Of a stretch of DNA of 64,000 bases, positions 11,862 to 22,794 are shown piece by piece. This DNA is from Squalus acanthias (Eukaryota): NCBI GenBank assembly GCA_030390025.1, contig CM059432.1, positions 83,702,001 to 83,766,000 on the forward strand, written 5' to 3'. The stretch's first letter is position 1. The number at the start of each line of letters is the position of its first letter. Below the pieces are notes generated by a model. It had not been told where the DNA came from. It did not search any database and saw only the letters and a list, made by a program, of their open reading frames with translations. A program made the translations under genes and the position numbers.

Positions 11862-13304
11862 ATTATGATCTCTCTTCCCCAGAGAATTCTTTACTATGAG
11901 ATTACTAATTAATCCTGTTTTATTACACAATAGAAGATCTAAAATAGTCTGTTCCCTGGTTGGTTTCATGATGTATTGTTCTTGAAAAATGTCTCAAATG
12001 CATTCCATAAACTTGTCCTCCAGACTATCTTTGCCAATTTGATTTGCCCAGTCTATATGAAGATTAAAATCCCTCACGATTATTGTATTACCTTTGATAC
12101 AAACTCCTATTATTTGTTGATTAATACTCTGTCCAATGGTATAGCTACTGTTTTGGTGCCTATAAACTGCTCCCACCAGTGCTTCCTGCCCCTTATTATT
12201 TCTTATCTCCACCCATAGTGATTCTACTTTCTGATCTTCTGAACTAAGATCCTTTCTCACTAGTGTCCTTATGTCATCCTTTATTATCAGGGTTAACCCC
12301 CTCCTTTTCCATTCTGCCTGTCTTTTTGAAATGTCAAATTCCCTGGAATATTTAGTTCCCAACCTTGGTCACCTTGTAACCACGTCTCTGTAATGGCTAT
12401 TAGATCAAAGCCATTTATCTCTATTTGTGCCATTAACTTGTCTATCTTGTTACGAATGCCTCATGCATTCAGATAAAGAGCCTTTAATTTTAACTTTTTA
12501 CCATTATTCCCTGCCTTCACCTTATTCGCTGATGCACTATTACTGTTAAACTCTCTGTCCCTTCCTCTCACACTCTGTTTATCTTTACCTAAATCATTAC
12601 ATTGCTCCTTTGCCTTGACTTTTCTCTTTAGATTTCTAAATTTCCCCTCAACTGACCACTCCCCCTTTTTAATTTAATGCCTATCTACAGCCCTAGTTAT
12701 TTGATTCGCCAGGACACTAGTCCCAGCCCGGTTTAAGTGGAGCCTGTCCCAATGAAACAGCTCCCTCTTTCCCCAGTACTGGTGCGAGTGCCCCATGAAT
12801 CGAAACCCTTCCTCCCACACCACTCTTTGAGTTACGCATTTAACTCTCTGATCTGCTTGTCCCTATGCCAATTTGTGCGTGGCTCAGGTAACAATCCAGA
12901 TATTATTACCTTTGAGGTTCTGCATTTTAATTTGGATACTAGCTCCTCAAACTCTCTCAGCAGACCCTCATTCCTAGTTCTACCTATGTGGTTGGTTCCT
13001 ACGTGGACCATGACAACTGGATCCTCCCCCTCCCACTCCAAATTCTTCTCCAGCCGTGAGGAGATATCCTTAACCCTGGCACTAGCAGGCAACAAAGCCT
13101 TTGGAACTCCCGGGCTCGGCTGCAGAGAACAGTATCTATCCCCCTGACTATACTGTCCCCTACCACTACAACATTCCATTCCACTCCCGCTACTTGAATG
13201 GCCTCCTGCACCACGGTGCCGTGGTCAGTTTGCTCATCCACCCTGCAGACTTTGCCCTCATCCACACAGGCAGCAAGAACCTCATACCTGTTGGATAAGT
13301 GCAA

Positions 13305-14170
13305 AGTGCTAAGCAGACTTACACCCTACAAGGAACAGAACTGAAACCTGTGGCAAAAGAAAAAGATCTTGGTATCATAGTCATAACTCTCTAAAGGTTC
13401 ACGGCCAATGCCATGAAGCTACAGCTAAAGCAAATAGGGTATAGGGCTGCATTCACAGGACTATCCATTATAAAATAAAATATACCTTTTCTTCCTCGTA
13501 CAAAACCTTAGAATACTGAGTCCAGTTCTCGTCCCCTCACATGGTGAGTGATATTGAGGCTTTGGAAAAAGTTCAGAGGAGGGCCACAAGAATGATTCCC
13601 AGTTTAAAATACCTTAGCTATCTAGATAGGTTTAAGGAGCTGGGTCTATATACTTAAGGGAGTGTAGACTCAGGGACAATTTGATTGTGGTATATAAAAT
13701 AATGAAGGGACTTGATTGTGTGCACACTGAAAAATGATTTCAATTTGATAGGTTGGAAGAACATGGGGCCGTCCGTATAAATGATGCAAGAGAAGAATTA
13801 GGTTAGATTTTAGGTGGTTCTTCTTTTCCCAGAGAATAGTAGACCTGTTGACAACTGTCTTGTGTGTTGAGCAGTTCCTGGCTGAGGTGGAGATCACATT
13901 ATACAAAATGTAGGTACCAATTAATATACATCATGGTCAATGTGGTCTCCTAAACTAATTTTGATTGTCTAAAGGTATCAGAGAGGAATTTTCCAACTTT
14001 TTTCCCCTAATTGGCCATAGAATTTTGATCTGGTTTTCCGTCTCTCCCAGGAGACTACATGGCACCTACGAGGTAGGGGGTATCTTGATGTGATGCATAA
14101 GGCATCACTACTGTATGGGACAGGCTAGATGGACAATTAGTTCTTCTCCTGTTTGACGTTTTCATATGCT
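13305..14170 (+). mobile_element. Old, degraded CR1-like 3' fragment
   Basis: Decayed EKDLGI..KANRV.G..LEKVQRRATRMIP motifs. Confidence 0.7.
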
Positions 14171-14451
14171 TGTTAACCAGCACAAATGTCAAAAACTCTA
14201 TTTATCTAGCTGTGTAGTGGATAATTGTAGTAGGAAATAGCTGAACGCCAGAGAAAATCCTGACTAACTACAAGGCACTACATGGTTTGCAGTCCTAACT
14301 TCCCTACTCAAGACTGACTTGATATGCAGAATGGATAAACATGTAAATTATTATAAAGTGCCCAGGACATACTTTTATACCTGGTCTGACACTACAGTGG
14401 AGGTGCATGCCATCTGCTATGGATTGGGCCCTGACTGCAGATTTACACTAT

Positions 14452-14583
14452 GGGGGTAAAATTCAACATTAAGCAGGGGCGCAAAATGGATGGTAGCAGA
14501 ACAGCTGCCTGTTATGCACCCTGCCTGATTTTCCTTGCTGCTACAGCCCACTTTGCACCCTGGCAATATTGAATTTTGTTCCC
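14452..14583. mobile_element. Short (132 bp) Harbinger-type MITE
   Basis: Termini gggggtaaaattcaa / ttgaattttgttccc; TSD TAT on both sides. Confidence 0.7.
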
Positions 14584-15014
14584 TATAACTTTATTGTCAG
14601 TGGGAGACAGAAATTACCTTCTACCAATGCTGAAAATGCATCCTTATGTTATTTTTTGAATTGTAATAAATTGAATTGTTTTAAGTTGCTTAACTTATTT
14701 TGCATCAAAATCAAATTACAATATTAAACCTTCATGTGTGTTTTATATAATCAGGGATAATAACTTTAGGACAATATGACCATAGATTATAATTGAAACT
14801 TCTAAAGCTTGATACGGTATTTTTAGAAAGATTCTTATTTGCTGTTATGCTATTTGTTAAATGGAAGCTCTTTGATGTTGATTTTTTTCTCATCTGCAGT
14901 AAACCCACCACCTGTATATATGATGATATAATGTGAAGATCAGATTTTAAAATATTGGCCATTTTCAGATTGCCAAAAAAATTGGCTATTTCACCTGGAA
15001 GGAGTGTTTGGCAA

Positions 15015-15565
15015 GTGTGACCCTGAGCTTCCAGTCGCTTGCCATTTTCATTCTCCGTCCCACTCCCACTCTAACCACTCTGTCCTTAGTCGCCTACACT
15101 GTTCTAATGAAGCTCAATGGAAACTTGAGGAACAGCACCTCATCTTTCGATTAGGCACTTTACAGCCTTCCGGACTCAACACTGAGTTCAACAATTTCAG
15201 ATCATAGCCACTGCTCCCATTTTTTCGGACAGCAGGTGCTGGTAATGGTTCGGCTGTTACCATTTGCACCTCCTCTAGACTCATCTTTTGCATCTTTACT
15301 TGTCCCATTACCATCCCCTTTTGCCTTGCACTATCATATCTTTTGTCATTTAATCTCTCCTGCCTTCCACCCGATCACAGACCTTCCCTTTTGTTCTTTC
15401 CTTCCCTCCCCCCTTTTCCTTCTCTGTACTTGCTTAAAAAATGTTAAATCTTTAACATTTGCCAGTTCTGATGAAAGGTCATCGACCTGAAACGTTAACA
15501 CTGTTTCTCTCTCCACAGATGTTGCCTGACCTGCTGAGTATTTCCAGCATTTTCTGTTTTTATTT
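15015..15565 (+). mobile_element. Penelope-like element 3' fragment (GIY-YIG C-terminus plus pseudo-LTR)
   Basis: ORF 15004..15207 PVACHF.SPSHS..KLEEQHLIFRLGTLQPSGLN.EFNNF is characteristic of vertebrate Penelope-like endonuclease ends; hammerhead core follows. Confidence 0.85.
15463..15503 (+). ncRNA. Minimal hammerhead ribozyme motif in Penelope pseudo-LTR
   Basis: CTGATGA (15468-15474), A, stem aggtc/gacct with loop atc, GAAAC, palindromic AACGTT stem III. Confidence 0.8.
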
Positions 15566-15586
15566 TGTTTTGGACCATTATCTCAT

Positions 15587-16225
15587 GGACTCCCAGGGCC
15601 ACTCCCTCCCGATTGTATACCCCTGTGCCACCACCTCTGGTGGATCTGTCCTGCCGGTGGTACAGGACATACCCAGGGATGGTGTTGGAGGAGTTTGGGA
15701 CATTTGCTGAAAGGTATGATTCTGTGAGTATGACTATGTCAGGCTGTTGCTTGACTAGTCTGTGTGGGCAGCTTTCCCAATTTTGGCATATATCCCCAGA
15801 TGTTAGTGAGGAGGACTTTGCAGGGTTGGCTCGGCTGGCCTGGGTGTGCCGTTTTCGTGTCCGAAGCCAGTGGCTAGGTCGATGCCGGGTGGTCCGTCAG
15901 GTTTTATTCTTATTATTGCTTTTCGTGTAGCAGTTAAGAGTCAACCACATTGCTGTGGGTCTGGAGTCACATATTGACCAGACCAGATAAGGACGGCAGA
16001 TTTCCTTCCCTAAAGAACATTAGTGAACCAGATGGGTTTTTACGACAATCCGATGGTTTCATGGTTACCATTACTGATACTAGCTTTTTTATTCCAGATT
16101 TATTTAATTAACTGAGTTTAAATTCCCCAGCTGCCATGGTGGGATTTAGAACTCATGTCTCCGGATCATTAGTCCAGGCCTCTGGATTACTAGTCCAGTA
16201 ACATTACCACTATGCTACCTTTCCC
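15587..16225 (-). mobile_element. Family-T LINE 5' fragment with tRNA-derived head
   Basis: Minus strand: A box tagcatagtgg (16207-16217), B-box-like gagttctaaatccc (16141-16154), SINE-like body, then APE start homologous to ~2480-2780. Confidence 0.88.
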
Positions 16226-18916
16226 CTATCTATTATATTCTAAACAATTTAATATTATCAGTATCAAAAAATGTAAGACACCATGGGTGTAACTTTTGAC
16301 TTCGGCGGGTGGATAACTAGCAGTATTAGATCAGTCTCCCGTTATACACCCTGTCTGATTCTGTTTTCCATTAACCTAGCTGATCTCATTCACAGCAGCA
16401 GTAGAGGTGTCCCTGTGCTATGGCCCCGGGGAGAAAAATCAGGCAGCATTTCCACTCTTTATCACTATTCAGTAACCTCTCTGAAAAGTGCATATGGTGT
16501 CCTTAATGGATGACTAGCCAGCTGGCACTCACTGTGCAGGCTTATATGTGAAGAATAATCAGATGGGCAAGGTACCAGAGTGGCAAGCATGGGTGGAATT
16601 TTACCTAAGCATGAGTCAGAACCTCCAGGAGAGGAAGCAAAAAATTTAGAAAGAAAACGCCCACTTTGAGTCAACAGCACTCCATCAAGTATCTTTTACA
16701 TAATTCATGTAACCACTAAGATGGCTCCTTCTCCTTAGGTTTGGGGCTAGAGGAAGGTGGTGCATATATTGGGCTAGTTTATCTCATTAGCTATTTATTC
16801 CACGCATTTTAGCCGCCTCTTTACAAACTACCTAGCTGCTTCACTTGAAAGACTCCCTATTACTGAAACTAACATAACCACCCATCAATAATGCAGTTAT
16901 CCCACATGCAACTTTAAAGAAAAGTATCAACTAGCCAACAGCAGCTCATTAAGAAATAAATGCTCCCAACCCATCTCAATCATATGGAACAAAAGATATG
17001 GGCTTCATTGTGTCAAAGGGGTTACAATTTAAAATGAATACCAAAACTGTATTATATGCTTTTCCACAATAAAAAGATATTTGAAACATAACAAATGTGT
17101 TATATACTGAATATCTCAAAATTCAAGTATGCATCTATTATTCAGGTCACAATTATGTGATCCACCCAATATTGAATAAACGTTTTTCTGAAACTTTCAG
17201 TACATTAATAAATTCCTTTTCAAAGGTGCAATGCAATTTGTTGATACACTTTCATCCACAGGAAAATGAAGTGCCATGTTATAATGTACAGCAGATCCAA
17301 GCTGGAATCATTTGATATTTGACCTCTGATCTGCATCATAATTGGAATGAATCAATGGAGCCAAATTGGTGAGAAAATTATATCAATTTGTTGTTTCATC
17401 TGGTGTTGGCTCAGATTGTTTAAGGCATATTGTGTAAACAGATCCCCTGACAAATCAGCGCTCGGGAAGTGCTAACGTTCTGCTGTCTTGCACAGTGTAA
17501 GACATATCTTTGTGAGCTGACCCAGTCTCAACAAAGACTTTTGTGGTCCTCACAGACCATGCCTTCTCTTATAACATGGGCCTCATGAAATCGTTCAATT
17601 TTTAACAACACTGACCCTTAAAATAGTAATAAGTCCTGCAGCAACCTGAACCTAATGAGGTCACCACACACAGCACCAAACTGTGGATGGAAAAATAAAA
17701 TCAATATGACCACCCACTCTGCAAGACCAGCAATTTTGAAGGTTCTGACATCTAAGATTTGCTTGCAGACTTATGCTGAATGCAGATTATGAATCCAAAT
17801 CTCAGGGCAATCATGACATAAATTTCATCATAATCCAATGACTTTGACAGTAAGTGTGAAATGGCACATTTGTATTCTCCCCGCTGACTGCCATTTGCTT
17901 GGTTATTTTCCTGATGGTTTAAATGATATCATATGCTCTTTAGGCAAGTATATTTTGTATAAAATTAGAGAATATGGAAGTGAAAATCTCTCAGCAACTG
18001 TAATTAGATCCACAATCCCACATTGTGCACTGAGTTCATGAAGCCAACGTGTCAGTGCCAATGACTGATTGACATTCCCTTTAATGGCATTGTTTTAATT
18101 GCAGAAAGTGAGGAATAAACACCATCAACATTAAATATTAACACGCTCCATCTAGAGACAGTGGGGCTGGCCACAGTACTTGGCTATATTAGGTTTCAAA
18201 GCATGAATTGTGTTAGCTATTAATAATACACTACACTCAGTAAGGGCAGCCAAGCCCTCTTTTTAGCAGGGAATTAACATGGTCATTTAATTTTCACAAA
18301 CACAAAAGCGCAAATCACTGAGTTAAAGGTGATGGGTTTGCTGCATTCATTAGTGCTTGTGATGTAAAAAAAAATGGGCAGTGTTCTAAAGAAGTGGTTT
18401 AGAATTACATGGGCAGAAACTATTAAATAAGAATGCAGCTGAATGCACCTAAGATCTCCTTGGCTTAGGTGTGTGCAAGTTCAATGCCTTAATGCACACA
18501 TTGTGTAAAATAGGCAGGGATCATCAGTTCCTTAGGTTTATCTTATGCAGAAAGATTTCCCCGGTATGTATGTATCACCTTTACAATTTAGAAATTAATA
18601 GTTTTGTTGCCCACTGAAGCAATAGTAACACAACTGAGAAAAAAATTATAATTGACGCATGTGAATGATATCATTTAACTGCTGGCCTCACCATGCAATG
18701 TTGCAAAATTCATTTAAAAGATTCAAGGGTTTGCTTGCTCCTACTGAATGAAAAGATTGTGGGGGTTAATTTGGCCAAAGGGTGAAAACAGGTGCTAAAT
18801 GGGTGCAGTGCTAATAAGACTAGCCTGTTTGAAAGTCTGGATTTAGCACACAATTTTGGTCCTAATTGGTGATTACCATAATTTGAACTTCTCTGGAGGT
18901 GCTAAACAGACACCTG

Positions 18917-20305
18917 GGGGGAAAAATTCAGTTGGTTAATGCCTCCCGTTAGCATCTGCAGAGGGCGGTAACAGGGTGCTAATGCATTAGTGCTGGGGCG
19001 AGGCGAATCCAGCACCGCACGGCAAATCCGACCCCCCCATTGCGCCGCCGGGGACTTCAACACCAGGCAGATCGTGATGTCAGTGAGCGCGCCAGATCTG
19101 GAAAATTCATTGTCGCCACTTACCTTTGCGCCTCGACCAGACAGCAACAGGGAGAGCAGGCGCACAGCTACAGGAAGTCGGCTCCAGCGACGTTATTTAA
19201 AGGCATCAGCATTAATCACTCGCAGCTTTCAGGGCAGGTTAGTTTCAATGGTTTATTGTCAGTTTCAACCAGTGGATGAGTTTGTCAGAGTAATTTCAAG
19301 CTTCTTTTTATCAGCAGTCTTCTGGCGAGTGCAAAGTGGCTACATTTATTGTTCAAAGATTCAAACTGCTACACTTGGCAACATTAATGGGGGCTGCACT
19401 GGCATGCCACCTCGCCCTCCAGAATACTGCTAGGTCATACCCTCCAAGGGTCTTCCTACAGCACTTCTCCTACCTTCAATTAAGCGAGGAGCAGTGTACT
19501 AGACTGCTCCACATCACCAAGGTGGTGCTCACAGAACTCTGCCACCTCTTCTAAACAGACCTCCAGCCTCACACTAGGATGACTTAAACCCCAGATCCCC
19601 TTTGCTCACCACATGCCATATCACAGCGTCCTCCTGGGCGCAAAGGTGAAATGAGAGAGACCACAAAATATTGCAAACTCCATCAATAAATTTATGCATA
19701 AACATATCACACATATCACAATCATTCTAATAACTAATGAAGCTTGTGCCTGCCATAGTTGAATAGCTGTCATTGTGTGTAAGGTGTGAGATGTGGGTGT
19801 GAGTGTTGGTAGGTAGAGATTGTTGGTGAGTGAGTGCTGGGGGTCTAGTGCTTTGGGCAATGTGTGAAGCTTGTGGTACAGATGGTGGTATGTAGCATTT
19901 GTTGAAGCATTCAATCAACCTGACCACCCGACTGAGGTGGATCTGCCATGAGCACACCTGCTTCAGTCCTCCGGCACCTTCTCCTTGTGCTTCTCCTTGC
20001 TGAGGCAGCTGCACAGTCAGCAATGCTGAGAATCAGGTGCTGCAGTATCAATGAACCTCCCCTTTAAGCACTGGGAAAAGCCTGTGACCATGATGAGTTG
20101 AGGTTAGACTGCACCCGATATTGGCCCACCCTTTGAGTGTAACGCCACTGAGCTTGGCCTTTAAGACTTGATTTAGCACCCCAATCATTTCTTTGAGCAG
20201 TGAGAATGAATTTTGCGTGCAGTCTAAAGCATTAGCGCCTGGCGCTAATTCTCAAACTTTTGTAAAGATACCGCCCATTCCTGGGCTATAATGAATTTCT
20301 AGCCC
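18917..20305 (+). mobile_element. Non-autonomous internal-deletion derivative of the Harbinger-A family
   Basis: Termini gggggaaaaattca / tgaatttctagccc; TSD CTG; carries a transposase N-terminal piece (YPPRVFLQHFSYLQLSEEQC), intergenic 3' sequence and a Myb intron-1 piece all homologous to 41455-45773. Confidence 0.88.
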
Positions 20306-20872
20306 CTGCAGGTTTCGCACTCAAGTGCTGATTAGAGACAATTTTTGTGGAACAGTATATGTGGGCTCCTCGCACCAATTCCACTGAAGGTGTGGAGTGC
20401 TCTGGTTGGCATACAGTGGCACGTTGCAGGATGGCTCACGGACTGAAGGAGAGGGTGCATGGGTTCTCGGATGCAGCCCTGGAGGCCCTGGTGGAGGAGG
20501 TCCAGAGAAGGAGGGATGTCCTGTACTCGCAGGGAGAGGAGGACGCCACCTCACCCTCCTGTCCCTCTCTCCTGCAGCAGCTGTTACTGTTCTGCCTGGC
20601 CTGATGTCCTCCTCCCATTCCTCGTCCAGACCAAGGTGGACCCCTAGCAAGATGCCTATGATCAAGCACTCCCTTTATCCTGGTGACTCCTATAAGATGG
20701 AGTAGCACACCACTTACTCTTATTAGGTGAAGTCCTCAGAGAATTTCCAGAATAAATGTTGATAGAGTGTTGGTGAAGTCTTGACGAAGTGTCCCAGAAA
20801 GTCTCCCGATGTGTTTGAGGTCCACTTCTCAGCTCCAGCTGCAATGAACATAAAATGGTGAGTAAAGAAAAA

Positions 20873-21322
20873 AAGACTTGCATTTATATAGCGCCTTTCA
20901 TGACCATCGGACGTCCCAAAGCGCTTTACAGCCAATGAAGTACTTTCAAAGTGTAGTCACTGTTGTAATGTAGGAATCGGGGCAGCCAATTTGCACACAG
21001 CAAGCTCCCATAAATAGCAATGTGATAATGACCAGATAATCTGTTTAAGTGATGTTGATTGAGGAATAAATATTGGCCAGGACACCGGGGATAACCCTCT
21101 TGAAATAATGCCATGAGATGATTTACATCCACCTGAGAGGGCAGACGGGGCCTCGGTTTAATGTCTCATCCGAAAGACAGCACTTCTAACAGTGCAGCAC
21201 TCCCTCAGCAATGCCTTGGAGTGTCAGCCTAGATTTTTGTGCTCCAGTTTCTGGAGTGGGACTTAAACCCACAATCTTCTGATTCAGAGGCGAGAGTGCT
21301 ACCCACTAAGCCACAGCTGACA
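20873..21322 (-). mobile_element. tRNA-derived DeuSINE (SacSINE1-like) with L2-type tail
   Basis: Minus strand: head tgtggcttagtgggtagc..gggtttaagtcccac, Deu-domain-like gtctttcggatgagacattaaaccgaggcccc, tail aagcgctttgggacgtcc..gaaaggcgctatataaatgcaagt. Family name is from memory of the consensus. Confidence 0.8.
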
Positions 21323-22794
21323 CGGCTATCCCTTTAAGCGGTGAGTATCCCTTTAAGTAGTGCTTGAAATAGACATCAACTCCGTGTTTACTCCCAATCA
21401 GCTGGTTGCTGTTAGGGGAGGGCGTTAGGCACCAAAATGCCGTGCAGCCTTTTTAATGAGCTTTAGCAGGCTCTTAAAGTGGCAATCAGCTGTTTAACAA
21501 GCCTCCGGGAGGCCGTTCCTAGCACTGTCTTCAACTCCTTTACCAAGATGGTGTCTTGCGCTAAACGTGGGCTAAACCGCGTTGCAGCTTAAGCTCCCAC
21601 CTTGGCCACCTCTTTAGCGCCTAAAGTATTCAACGAAAATCATCCCTGTATCATCATTGAAGAGGAATTCTTTTGCAAGTAAATATCATAACTCAGTCAT
21701 GTCTGTCTTGCACACAAGTTGTTGATCTTTCACACTTGTGAAAGAAAACTAGTAAATTGCAACCACAATTTTTTTCTCGAGATGTGGGCATCACTGGTAA
21801 TGCTGGCATTTATCGCCCATCCCTAACTGTCCTAGAGTAGGGGGAGGTGCGCCTTCTTCTTGAACCACTGCAGTCTGGTGAAGGTGTGGTGAAGGTGTTT
21901 CCAAAATGCTGTTAGGGAGGGAGTTCCAGGATTTTGACCCAGCGATGATGAAGGAAATACAAAATATGTCCAAGTCAAGATGGTGTGTGACTTGGAGGGG
22001 CACTTGGAGGTGATGATGTTATCATGCACCTGCTGCCCTTGTTCTTCTCGGTGATGGAAGTCATAGGTCTGTGAAATTCTTCTGATGAAGCCTTAGCAAC
22101 TTGCTGCAGTGCATCCTGTAGATAGTACACACTGTAGCCATGGTACATCGGTGGTGGAGGGAGTGAATGTTTAATGTGGTGGATGCACTGTCGATCAAAC
22201 AGCCTGCTTTGTCCTGGATTGTGTAAAGCTTCTTGAGAGTTGTAGCAGCTGCACCCATCCAAACAAGTGAAGAGTCTTCCATCACAATGCTGACTTGTAC
22301 CTTGTAGGTGGTGGAGAGGCTTTGGGAATCAAGAGGTGAGCCACTCGCCATAGAATATCCAGCCTCTGAACTGCTCTAGTAGCAACAGCATTTATGTGGC
22401 TTGTCCAGTTAAGTTTCTGGTCAATGGTGATACCAGGATGTTGATGGTGGGGGATTTGGCGATGGTAATGCTCTTGAATGTCATGGGGAGGTGGTTAGAC
22501 TCTCTCTTGTTGGAGGTGGTCATTGCCTGGCACTTGTGTGGTGTGAATGTTACTTGCCACTTATCAACCCAAGTTGTCCAGGTCTGGTTGCATGTGGCGC
22601 AGACTACTTCATTATCTGAGGAATTGAAAATGGAGCTGAACACCGTGCTATCATCAGCAAACAGCCCCACATCTGACCTTACGATGAAGGGAAGGTAATT
22701 GATGAAGCAGCTGAAGATAGTTGGGCTTAGGACACTGCCCTGAGGAATTCCTGGGGTGAGAAGATTGGCCTCCAACAAACATAACTATTTACCC

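Larger units (their letters stand above)
9795..13302 (-). mobile_element. CR1 LINE (ORF1 esterase plus ORF2 APE region), interrupted by two MITEs
   Basis: ORF1 fragments VVVGDSIVRG and VMVHVGTNHIGR..VIISGLLPEP (SGNH hydrolase); ORF2 VESLWVEIRN..DFNLHIDW..HPWLTKEVKDSIKLK. Confidence 0.9.
18761..21646 (+). mobile_element. Decayed Harbinger-type derivative with Myb/SANT-like remnant; hosts a nested Harbinger derivative and a SINE
   Basis: Myb-like remnant ERVHGFSDAALEALVEEVQRRRDVLY (~20430-20540); approximate termini gggggttaattt / aaaatcatccc with TGT on both flanks (TIR match imperfect, ends tentative). Confidence 0.55.

Noticed and set aside
16141..16225. Functional tRNA gene (also 53017-53101 and ~21250-21322)
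   Set aside because: Duplicated arm or imperfect B box, no proper acceptor stem, and contiguous with retroelement bodies: these are retroposon heads.
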